Shown here: in pieces, positions 37,801 through 45,749 of the stretch
Layout: every line of letters starts with the position of its first letter
How positions within the stretch are numbered: position 1 is the first letter of the stretch
Origin: Lachnospiraceae bacterium
GTDB lineage: Bacteria; Bacillota; Clostridia; Lachnospirales; Lachnospiraceae
DNA: 64,000 nt
Direction: 5' to 3'
Assembly (NCBI GenBank): GCA_017479285.1
Contig: JAFVCL010000095.1
Coordinates: forward strand, 8,860-72,859
The notes under the pieces: generated by a model
What the model was told of the DNA's origin: nothing
What the model saw: only the letters and a program-made list of their open reading frames with translations
Databases searched by the model: none
Translations under genes and position numbers: made by a program

Positions 37801-38944
37801 GTTTCTTGAAAATATGTCCCGGGAGATAAGAAACCCGGTGAATGCCATAATAGGAATGGACACTCTTATCCAGAGGGAGTCAGACCAGAGCGTTATAAGG
37901 GAATACGCAAAGGAGATAGACAGCGCGGGAAGGCGGCTTCTTAAGGTTGCGGAAAAAGCGCTGATTCCAATGGATAATAATGCGGAAGCAGACGGGGAGG
38001 GCACCGGCACAGTGGGGGATGGGACCTCCGGCAGAACCGGGTCCGATGAAGACGCAAGGTTTTATGCGCCGGAGGCAAGGGTTCTTCTTGTGGATGACGA
38101 TGAGATGAATCTTAGCGTTTTAAGGAGATTCCTTGAGAGGATTAAGACCGAAACGGATACCGCGGCAAGCGCGAAGGAGGCCGTGGACAGGGCAAAGAAG
38201 CGGTATTATGATATTATGATAATTGGCTCGGATATGAGAGAGACCGGCTGTGAGGAGATCATGAGGCTTATCAGGAAGGAATGTCCCTTTAATTCGGAGA
38301 TTCCGGTGCTGGTCCTTGCTCCTTTTGATAAACCGGGAGCCCGGGAGGAGTTTATGAGACTCGGGTTTACCAATTATCTCTCAAATCCCATAAGCGCTTT
38401 AAAGCTTGAGGCAATGCTGGAAAACTATCTTCCCGATGAAAAGATAGTTCCTGTGTGCGGATCTGCGGAGGGTGAGGAGACAAAAAACACAGATTTAAAA
38501 AGGGCAGGCATCAAGAAGACTGTTGCGGAGGCGGCAGCTTCCGGTGTCATTCCCGGTTTTGAAGAGGAGCATCCCAGCGAGCTTGCGCTTAAAATCGGAG
38601 AGATAGACGGCATCGATGCGGAAAGAGGCATCGGTATCTGTGGAGGTGAGGACCTCTATGGGGTTCTGTGCAGGAATTTCTGCAAGAATGCGCCCGAGAG
38701 AACAAAACTCGTGGAGGACAGCGTCGAAAATGGGGATATGGAATGCTTTACGGTACAGATGCGTGACCTTAAGGGAACCGCAAGGCTTATAGGCGCATTT
38801 GAGCTGTCGGAAAGGGCTGGGGAGCTCGAACAGGCAGGGTATGAGGAAAATTTCGAGATGATAAAAACCGCTGCAGCTCCGGTGGTTTCGGAAGCCAGAA
38901 GGCTTTATGAGGAATTAGGAAAGGTTTTGGATAATAATATATGA
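34805..38944 (+). CDS. Hybrid sensor pseudo-kinase: ECF-S-like TM module, beta-propeller/Y_Y_Y-like sensor, TM, degenerate HisKA, degenerate receiver, degenerate Hpt; no HATPase domain
   Basis: Propeller repeats (MWIGTYGGLYRFNG, LWVGSQDAG, GLPSNAV, DYQGNIWF). FLENMSREIRNP, DIMIIGSDM, NYLSNP and MRDLKGTARLIGA. Confidence 0.85.
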   Translation: MKKWKKSLIITLIAIVLNVGGRLLAGLLDAPGYVNLLGTVIAAYFGGPLQAVVSAVISSGISTIFHRGDILILAADIAFAVPAGLIVRKNKYFTRFFNAVSATAFFAVTRAVFMFASNMIFYGGRTELAYPDAVIDFLTSVGFARVICYVIAAIYISFFDSFVVMLIVFVFVSVYRYVRRRRLARELKNELKRGLAIGLFLAVLCGTAGFSADSYAESKMNFVDRLYNAGSGLTGGCLNDLCMTADGTMWIGTYGGLYRFNGTKFVLIDEIKSVRAIQKLYVDSEDRLWVGSQDAGVTVLNIDKSFYNIDMESGLPSNAVKSIIQDSNGLYYIATTGGLVTAEYTDGEIRIDKLFKDIGNVKALTADKAGHVAALNSVGDVYLFDSGEQVGGLSYNSLKATGVNFDPEGNLYIGTDTEVLFKYQIDDNKFNRLSSIRTDGITDIRDLLFEDNGIIYIASDSGTGYLDSMNRVNRIYIEGFDQSIEHVYKDYQGNIWFASSKYGLLCMNRSNFTDLFKMCSTKSTACNAVLEWDRYMYVATDDGLRVLKLDSSRTVNNKVTRALEGIRVRAMCIDKTNGDLLLATYGKGLVKADTDGNVEEYSGESENDRKIRIVCQLTDGTIVTSGDIGLFFYRSGKLSDKLLLGEELGGGTVLNILETGDGTLFGGTDGDGIAVIKDGEVLRYITKNDGLSSGVILRIVKDVNSSGYFVLTGSGVDYMTADYEIREIRLPYYNNFDIVQNDRNEVFVIGGAGIFVINYEQFMDEGNSEGYVLLDTKAGLPGSLTSNAWKYVSGDGILYVCGNTGVYSLDLYNYEMKSDKYLTKITSVKLDGLQQDVTEIGEIYIPRGVDKIDLDIELNNYTTSDPYIRYYMAGVDREKTTRLSSTMENVTYYSIPYGDHKFYIDVLDETGKVLSEQVYVFRKDQELYETTGFRIYFYLMLTGFVAFIVSSIVQGALYTQNRKANDIHERIVSQLEREKAEALGRAMHMEEDQKRKEARFLENMSREIRNPVNAIIGMDTLIQRESDQSVIREYAKEIDSAGRRLLKVAEKALIPMDNNAEADGEGTGTVGDGTSGRTGSDEDARFYAPEARVLLVDDDEMNLSVLRRFLERIKTETDTAASAKEAVDRAKKRYYDIMIIGSDMRETGCEEIMRLIRKECPFNSEIPVLVLAPFDKPGAREEFMRLGFTNYLSNPISALKLEAMLENYLPDEKIVPVCGSAEGEETKNTDLKRAGIKKTVAEAAASGVIPGFEEEHPSELALKIGEIDGIDAERGIGICGGEDLYGVLCRNFCKNAPERTKLVEDSVENGDMECFTVQMRDLKGTARLIGAFELSERAGELEQAGYEENFEMIKTAAAPVVSEARRLYEELGKVLDNNI

Positions 38945-39729
38945 CTCCTTTATCCTTAAAATGTAAAATATGCGGGGGGAAGCTTGTAAACGATTACTCC
39001 GATTTTTTGTGTACCTGCGAGAACTGCGGAAACAAATGGGCGATGTCAGATCTTATACCAAATATCGGTGAGTATTCGCATATAACCGATAAACTCAGAA
39101 GAGCTGCGGAGATGACAGCAGGAAGCGACGCCTCGGTACATTTAGGGGAGGCACAGATGCTCCTCGGAAGCGCAAAGTCGGACTGCCTTAAGATGCAGGA
39201 TACCACATCAGCGGAGCTTCTAAAGTTTATAAATGAGGAGATCGAAGAAATATCAAACCTTAAGCAGTATAATTCCGCAAAGGCGCTCTACGAAAAAAAG
39301 GATTTCAGAAGAGCCCTGTCCGGGTTTGAAAAGATAAAGGATTACAGGGATTCGGAGGATTATATCGATAAATGCGGTGAGATGATAAAGGCATCGAGAA
39401 AAAGCAGGATACCCTTTGCGGTAATGGTTGGGATGATAATTCCCGCCATACTGGCTCTATTTCTTTTTGAGAAGGCGGGACTTCATATCGCATTTTGCAT
39501 CCCGGTCTTTGTGCTGCTCTCCGGGGGACTTGGATTTTTGATCTACCGTGGAGGGACTCCGGCGGTCATCATAGAGATACTGTCTTTTGTACTCCTGGTG
39601 CCGCTCCTTATTTTTGCGCTCCTTGCTTATGTATTTCATCTTGGGAAAAAGCTTTCACTGATAATATCCATCGCCGCACCCATCCTGCTGATAGTGGTAT
39701 TTATCATTATGTCGGAGAGAAAAAACTGA
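38941..39729 (+). CDS. Zn-ribbon + TPR-like + 4-TM membrane protein
   Basis: CKICGG...CENCG, helical A-Y/DYRDS segment and four hydrophobic C-terminal helices. ATGA overlap with the upstream gene. Confidence 0.7.
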   Translation: MTPLSLKCKICGGKLVNDYSDFLCTCENCGNKWAMSDLIPNIGEYSHITDKLRRAAEMTAGSDASVHLGEAQMLLGSAKSDCLKMQDTTSAELLKFINEEIEEISNLKQYNSAKALYEKKDFRRALSGFEKIKDYRDSEDYIDKCGEMIKASRKSRIPFAVMVGMIIPAILALFLFEKAGLHIAFCIPVFVLLSGGLGFLIYRGGTPAVIIEILSFVLLVPLLIFALLAYVFHLGKKLSLIISIAAPILLIVVFIIMSERKN

Positions 39730-39797
39730 CAGAGCTTTGGAAAAATGTGTTGGAAATTTTGTAAAAATATAAAAACCTTTTACTGGGAGGAAGAAAA

Positions 39798-41078
39798 ATG
39801 GCATTATCGGAATTAGTTAAATATGAGGGAGACAATTCGACCTTTATCTGGAAGTATCCAAGTGAGGATTTCAACTGTATGACCGAGCTGGTGGTACATG
39901 AGAGCCAGGAGGCTATCCTTTTTGCAAACGGAAGAGCTGCCGACACTTTCGGACCGGGAAGGTACAAGCTGGATGTAAAAAATATTCCGATACTGACCGA
40001 TATGATCAATATCGTAACCGGAGTGGCCGTATTTCACTGTGAGATATACTTTATAAACAAGACCGTACAGATGGCGGTCAAGTGGGGAACGGATTCAAAG
40101 GTCAGATTCGTAGAGCCCAGGCTGGGAGTGCCCATCGAGATCGGGGCATCCGGAGACCTGAATCTTGCTGTATCCGACGGAAGAAAGCTTCTTATAAAGC
40201 TTGTCGGCACGATGAAGGGAATCGCATGGGAGGATGGAGGAGCCGATTTTACAAAGTCACTTCAGGATTCCTTCAGACCGATGATCTCCACATCGGTTAA
40301 ATCAAATCTTTCCACAGCGATAAAGAGCAGGAATATAGATATCGTGGAGGTTGAAGAGCATCTCGGCGAGCTTTCCAAGGCGCTTCAGGACGTGATCTCA
40401 CCCGAATTTGAGGAGTACGGACTTACCGCCGTGCAGTTTTATCTTACCACGGTGGTTGTTCCCGAGGAGGATCCGAATTACAGAAAGCTTGTGGAACTCC
40501 ACATCATCGGTCTTCAGAAGACCATGGCGCAGGCCTAGGCGGAGCTTCGCGCCACAAAGGCCCAGAGCAGGGCGGAGTATATGACGGCGGAGGCAGAGTC
40601 CGAGGCAAGGATAAAAGCTGCGCAGAGAGAGGCTGTGCTTGAGGCGCAAACCACCGAGACCGAGATCGCAAGGCGGGAGGCGGAGAGGACCATTATCCAG
40701 GCCCAGGCCCAGGCTCAGGCTGCCCAGATGGCGGGCATGGCGGAGGCTGCCGTAATGCAGGCGAAGGGCTACAGCCAGAAGGATGTTCTCCAGGCAGAGG
40801 TTCAGAAGGCTTACGCGGAAGGAATCGGAAATATGGGACCGGATGTCACTTCCGGAGGCGGAAGCGGCATCGTCGGCGATATGATGGGACTCGGCGTCGG
40901 TATGGCGGCCGCAAACGCGGCAATGAACACTGTGGCACCCCAGATAGGCGCGATGGTACAGGGTATGAATCCTGCCGGGCAGATGCAAAGCGCTGCGGGA
41001 GATACATGGAAATGCAGCTGCGGCAACATGGCAACCGGGAATTTCTGCAATATCTGCGGAAAGAAAAAGGGAGAATAA
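39798..41078 (+). pseudogene. SPFH/band-7 domain protein (YdjI-like) with coiled coil and C-terminal Zn ribbon, interrupted by an in-frame TAG at 40536-40538
   Basis: ORFs 39798..40538 and 40581..41078 share a frame and read KTMAQA*AELRATKAQ. Motifs LVVHESQEAI, FGPGRYKL, EIYFINK, KWGT and WKCSCG...NFCNICG. GGAGG RBS. Confidence 0.8.
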
Positions 41079-41096
41079 TCCCACCGGAGGAGCAAT

Positions 41097-41168
41097 TCGC
41101 AAAATCTGACTACAAGGAGGCAAGACTTAGGAAGTATTGCCTTCTTTTTTTGTGTTATCATCTATAAT
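41097..41168 (+). promoter_or_regulatory. Putative AraC-type direct-repeat site and extended -10 for the GH8-esterase-GH43 operon
   Basis: TCGCAAaatcTGACTAC (41097) and AGGCAAgactTAGGAAG (41118) are 21 bp apart. TGn-TATCAT at 41156 and TATAAT at 41163. Confidence 0.55.
41114..41151 (+). terminator. Rho-independent terminator after the SPFH gene
   Basis: AAGGAGGCAA pairs with TTGCCTTCTT, followed by a T run. Confidence 0.7.
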
Positions 41169-41206
41169 GTTTAGATATAAATTGCAGTTAATGGGATTAT
41201 AAGAAT

Positions 41207-42337
41207 ATGATAACACCTGAATACAGAAATGTTTTTGCCGAGACAGGGATTCCGGAGGCAGATGTAAAAAAAAGACTTGAGGAGATAAAGGATCGGTTCT
41301 TTCACGGGGATGATTCCTTTTACCACGAGACAGCGGATGGAATGGCTTATCTTGAGGATACGGGCAACTTTGATGCCAGAACCGAGGGAATGAGCTACGG
41401 AATGATGATCTGCGTACAGCTCGGGATGAAGGAGGAGTTTGACCGGATCTGGAAATGGGCGAAGACATATATGTATATGGAGACAGGACATTCCGAGGGG
41501 TATTTTGCCTGGTCCTGCCGGACAGACGGAAAGCCCAATGCTGACGGAGCTGCGCCTGACGGGGAGGAATTCTTCGTAATGGCACTTCTCTTTGCGAGCC
41601 ACCGGTTCGGTGACGGTGAGGGGATATTCAATTATTCCGCACAGGCAAAGGAAATCCTTAAGGCGATGGTACATAAGGGAGAGGCCGGAAGAGCGGGAAG
41701 CCCCATGTTTAACCGCGAAAACCACCAGATACTTTTCGTACCCGGAATAGATTACACGGATCCCTCATACCATCTGCCCCATTTTTACGAGCTTTGGGCC
41801 GAATGGGGAAACCCGGAGGACAGGGAGTTTTTTGAGAAGGCCGCAGAGGTGAGCAGAAAGTACCTTGCAACAGCCTGCCATCCCGATACCGGATTTTCCG
41901 CGGAATATGCAGAGTTTGACGGAAAGCCCATGTCAAGACCGATTCCCTGGGCAAAGGACAGGCATGACTGGTTTTTCAGCGATGCTTACAGAACCGCGGC
42001 AAATATCGGACTTGACTATCTGTGGTTTAAAAAGGATGAGGGACAGACGAGGGCCGCATACAATATACAGAGGGCTCTTCTCGGGGATATGAGAAAGGAC
42101 AGCTACCATATATACGAGGTGGACGGTCGCATAGCGGGAGAGAAGGCACTTCACCCGGTTGCCATAACTGCTACGGTCGCGCAGTCCGTGCTTGCCACGG
42201 AACTTGACGATGTGGCAAGGGAGTGGGTAAGAAAGTTTTACGATACTCCGCTTAGAACCGGTGACAGAAGATATTACGACAATTGCCTTTATATGTTTGC
42301 GTTTCTTGCCCTGAGCGGAAACTACAGGATATATTAA
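41207..42337 (+). CDS. GH8 reducing-end xylose-releasing exo-oligoxylanase (Rex-type)
   Basis: RTEGMSYGM, GYFAWS, APDGEE, YTDPSYHLPHFY, SDAYR and RYYDNCLY motifs. No signal peptide. Confidence 0.88.
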   Translation: MITPEYRNVFAETGIPEADVKKRLEEIKDRFFHGDDSFYHETADGMAYLEDTGNFDARTEGMSYGMMICVQLGMKEEFDRIWKWAKTYMYMETGHSEGYFAWSCRTDGKPNADGAAPDGEEFFVMALLFASHRFGDGEGIFNYSAQAKEILKAMVHKGEAGRAGSPMFNRENHQILFVPGIDYTDPSYHLPHFYELWAEWGNPEDREFFEKAAEVSRKYLATACHPDTGFSAEYAEFDGKPMSRPIPWAKDRHDWFFSDAYRTAANIGLDYLWFKKDEGQTRAAYNIQRALLGDMRKDSYHIYEVDGRIAGEKALHPVAITATVAQSVLATELDDVAREWVRKFYDTPLRTGDRRYYDNCLYMFAFLALSGNYRIY

Positions 42338-42401
42338 GGACAGAGCCGGCCGGGTAAATAAGGGCAGGTTTTATACGGATATTTAGTTTGAGGATATAAA
42401 G

Positions 42402-44156
42402 ATGTCAGAGGAGACAAGAGGACCGGTAGCGCCCAAGGACCCTACCGCAAAGCGTCCGTTTTATTACATAATGCGCAACAAGGAGGTCTGCGGATCTCCC
42501 CAGAAGGACGGACGGGGAATACAGTTTATATACGAGAGCGACGGAAGACTTGGGGCCAGCGCAAAGCTTGTGGGAAACCTTGAGGATGAGTCCATGATAG
42601 CGGACCTTGACACGGTAAGCGGACTTAGGAAGCAGGTCCACAGCATCGGAGTTTCGGTTCAGAAAGCCGGAGAACCGGTAAATGTAAAATTCGCTTTCCA
42701 GATGTACGGTAAGACGGATCCCTATGTTACCGGTACAACGCTGGAGATGGAGCTTCCCTCCGACGGAATGGAAATGGTCATGGAGCTTTCAAGGTTTGAC
42801 TGGTCGGAGGATGATAATGTCCCCGGACAGATCCGTTTCGAATTTCCGCAGGCAGGAATGCAGGCAAAGGTTACGGTTGCCTTTTACCTTAACGACGGCT
42901 TTACCGCTCCCGAACAGACCGAGGACAGATCCATCGATTTCGAGGGAGAAAAGTATAAAGAGATGATCGCCGATTCCCTTGTGCAGACAGGTAATGTACA
43001 CCGTTTAAAGTCTGCCATAGAGAGAGCGAGAAGGGGCGAGGAAGTAACCGTTGGTTACATCGGCGGCTCAATCACACAGGGCGCCGGTGCAATACCGATC
43101 AACACGGAATGCTATGCGTATAAGTCCTTTAAGGGCTTTTGCGATCTCGCGGGCTGCGGATATGACAGCAATGTGAGATATATAAAGGCGGGAGTTGGGG
43201 GAACGCCTTCAGAGTTAGGAATGCTTCGTTATGAGAGGGATGTTACTGATTTCGGTAAATACGATCCGGATGTCATGATCGTGGAATTCGCGGTCAATGA
43301 CGAGGGGGATGAGACCAAAGGCGAGTGTTACGATTCTCTTGTAAGAAAATTGTACAACAGCCCCCAAAAGCCAGCGGTCATCCTCCTGTTCTCCGTGTTC
43401 GTGGACGGGTACAATCTCGAAGAGAGACTGTCCCGTGTCGGAGAAAGTTACCACTTGCCGATGGTCAGTACGAAAAGATCTGTGTATGACCGCTTTTATC
43501 TCAGTGAGGAAGAGGGGGGAGTGGTCTCCAAAAATCAGTTCTTTTACGATATGTACCACCCGACAAACACGGGACATACAATTATGGCGGACGGACTTAT
43601 ACATCTGTTTAAGACCGCCGATCTGATGCCGGATGAGCCCGAATTTGATATAACGGGAATAAATCCTCCCAAGGGCGGTGAATTCGAGAAGGTTTATTTT
43701 GTCGACAGAGCAAATATTGATAAGACGCCTGCCGTAATAAGCTACTCCGTGGGGGATTTTACCGGACACAGCAATGAGCTTCAGTTTGTGGAGAGGAATC
43801 TTGACCTTCAGGGGACGGGCGAATTTCCGGAGAACTGGCTCTATAACGGGGAAAATAAAGAAACGGACAAACCGCAGGGCGCGTCCGGGGAGAGCTCCTT
43901 TAAAGCGAGGATAAAATGCAGCGCTCTGCTTATCGCTTACATGGATTCCGCTTCGATAGAGGTGGGAAGCGCGGAGGTCTTCATAGACGGGGAGAAGAAG
44001 CTGGATATAGATCCGCATATTGTGGGCTGGCAGCACTGCAATGCTCTCATTGCCTTCAGGGGCGGACCTTCAAAGGAAAGAGAGATTGAGATAAGGATTC
44101 CGGATAAGGACAGGGGCAAGAGATTTACTCTCCTCGGATTCGGAATTGTGGACTGA
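42402..44156 (+). CDS. SGNH/GDSL hydrolase with N- and C-terminal beta-sandwich regions; candidate acetylxylan esterase
   Basis: SGNH blocks GGSITQG, AGVGGT, EFAVND and DMYHP. Lies between GH8 and GH43. Confidence 0.78.
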   Translation: MSEETRGPVAPKDPTAKRPFYYIMRNKEVCGSPQKDGRGIQFIYESDGRLGASAKLVGNLEDESMIADLDTVSGLRKQVHSIGVSVQKAGEPVNVKFAFQMYGKTDPYVTGTTLEMELPSDGMEMVMELSRFDWSEDDNVPGQIRFEFPQAGMQAKVTVAFYLNDGFTAPEQTEDRSIDFEGEKYKEMIADSLVQTGNVHRLKSAIERARRGEEVTVGYIGGSITQGAGAIPINTECYAYKSFKGFCDLAGCGYDSNVRYIKAGVGGTPSELGMLRYERDVTDFGKYDPDVMIVEFAVNDEGDETKGECYDSLVRKLYNSPQKPAVILLFSVFVDGYNLEERLSRVGESYHLPMVSTKRSVYDRFYLSEEEGGVVSKNQFFYDMYHPTNTGHTIMADGLIHLFKTADLMPDEPEFDITGINPPKGGEFEKVYFVDRANIDKTPAVISYSVGDFTGHSNELQFVERNLDLQGTGEFPENWLYNGENKETDKPQGASGESSFKARIKCSALLIAYMDSASIEVGSAEVFIDGEKKLDIDPHIVGWQHCNALIAFRGGPSKEREIEIRIPDKDRGKRFTLLGFGIVD

Positions 44157-44175
44157 AATCGTATCAAGGTGAGTT

Positions 44176-45711
44176 ATGAAAAAGCAGGTTAACCCGATTA
44201 TCAAGATGGATTATCCCGACCCGGATGTAATAAGGGTCGGCGATACATATTATATGGTGAGCACGACAATGTATTTCATGCCGGGCTGTGTTATCCTGCG
44301 CTCTTATGACCTTGCCGAATGGGAAATCGCCGGGTATGTATATGACAAGCTCGATGATACCCTCGCGGAGAGGATGGAACTTGAAAAGACGGAGTATGCC
44401 GGAGGCATGTGGGCTCCCTCCATAAGGTATCATGAGGGTGAGTTTTATATTTTCTTTTTGAGCAACAGCGGCAATAAAAACTATCTTTTCAGATCCGAAA
44501 AGATCGAGGGGCCCTGGAAAAAATCGGTTGTGGAGGGAAGGTACCATGACGCGGCGCTTTTCTTCGATGATGACGGAAGAAAATACCTTGTCCACGGAAA
44601 CACGGAGATTCACCTTACGGAGCTGAACGACGAGCTGACCGGACCTAAAAAAGGCGGTCTTGAGAGGGTGATCGTAAGGGATGAGCGAAATATCGGACTC
44701 GGGTACGAGGGCTCTCATTTCTACAAGATAGGAAAGTATTATTATCTGTTTGTGATAGACTGGCCGGTAGGGGGAGTGAGGACCCAGAGCTGCTTCCGCT
44801 CCGATAGCCTTGAGGGAGAATTTACCGGAGGAGTAGTCCTTGAGGACTGCAGAAATTATTTCCGCCAGGGCGTTGCCCAGGGAGGAATAGTGGAAACCTT
44901 AAACGGAAAGTGGTTTGCGGTGCTCTTTCAGGATATGGGAGCTGTCGGAAGGATACCGGTTCTTGTTCCGGTTACATGGAAGGACGATTTCCCGGTATTC
45001 GGTGAGAACGGGAAGGTTCCGGACAAGCTGGAGATAGTGAGCAGCAGACCCAATTACCCTTATGAACCCCTCTACACATCGGATAAGTTTTTACTGAAAG
45101 AGGGACTTCCGAAGAACAGACAGCTTGCTCTGCAGTGGGAGTGGAACCACCAGCCGGACAACAGGCTCTGGAGACTTCTTCCGGAAGGCGGGCTTGAGAT
45201 AACGACCGATAAGATATGCATCAATCTCACCCATGCAAAAAACACCCTTACCCAGAGGATGCTTTGGCCGGGCTGCGGGGCGGAGGTTACGATAGACGCG
45301 TCGGGACTTGGGGACGGAGATGCGGCAGGGCTCTGCGCACTCCAAAGCTGTTACGGGATGATAGGTATTGTCAAGGAGCTTGGAAGCTATTATCTTGTGA
45401 GAGTTGTAAGGAGCAGCGAGAATGTTAAAGACCAGATGTTCAAGGCGGATCTTATGCCGGGTGAAATGACGGATAAGATAAAGCTTGACGGCCCGGAAAT
45501 CACGGTTTATCTCAAAGCAAATTTTGAGGATATGAAGGACAGACTTGATTTCTATTATTTCAAGAAGGATAAGTTTGTCAAGGTCGGACCTTCGCACAAG
45601 ATGGAATTCAGGTTGTCGCACTTTACCGGAAACCGCTTCGGACTGTGCTGTTATTCCACCAAGAGAAGCGGCGGAAAAGCGGTATTTAAGAATTTTATAT
45701 ACAATGTATAA
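44176..45711 (+). CDS. GH43 arabinofuranosidase/beta-xylosidase (GH43_10-like) with C-terminal beta-sandwich
   Basis: NPII..DYPDPDVIRVGDTYYMVSTTM, MWAPSIRYH, HDAALFFDDDG, YEGSH, AQGG and WEWNHQP motifs. Confidence 0.9.
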   Translation: MKKQVNPIIKMDYPDPDVIRVGDTYYMVSTTMYFMPGCVILRSYDLAEWEIAGYVYDKLDDTLAERMELEKTEYAGGMWAPSIRYHEGEFYIFFLSNSGNKNYLFRSEKIEGPWKKSVVEGRYHDAALFFDDDGRKYLVHGNTEIHLTELNDELTGPKKGGLERVIVRDERNIGLGYEGSHFYKIGKYYYLFVIDWPVGGVRTQSCFRSDSLEGEFTGGVVLEDCRNYFRQGVAQGGIVETLNGKWFAVLFQDMGAVGRIPVLVPVTWKDDFPVFGENGKVPDKLEIVSSRPNYPYEPLYTSDKFLLKEGLPKNRQLALQWEWNHQPDNRLWRLLPEGGLEITTDKICINLTHAKNTLTQRMLWPGCGAEVTIDASGLGDGDAAGLCALQSCYGMIGIVKELGSYYLVRVVRSSENVKDQMFKADLMPGEMTDKIKLDGPEITVYLKANFEDMKDRLDFYYFKKDKFVKVGPSHKMEFRLSHFTGNRFGLCCYSTKRSGGKAVFKNFIYNV

Positions 45712-45713
45712 AT

Positions 45714-45749
45714 AAAGCCGGGCTGACAAATCTGTCGCCCGGCTGTTTT
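45714..45749. terminator. Bidirectional terminator between convergent GH43 and AraC genes
   Basis: AGCCGGGC(T)GACA-aatc-TGTCGCCCGGCT flanked by an A-rich left side and a T-rich right side. Confidence 0.75.

Noticed and set aside
19043-40538. Stop-codon reassignment (UGA=Gly/Trp/Sec or UAG=Gln/Pyl) to explain the two in-frame stops
   Set aside because: TGA ends many full-length genes here (priA, def, carB, uxuA) and TAG ends the ORF at 25576. Only one internal instance of each occurs in about 35 genes. The TGA replaces a conserved Gly rather than a Cys, and no sel or pyl genes are present.
40698-40721. CAGGCC/CAGGCT hexamer repeat in the SPFH tail
   Set aside because: It is an in-frame Gln-Ala coiled-coil repeat, and unit changes would not shift the frame, so it is not a phase-variation tract.
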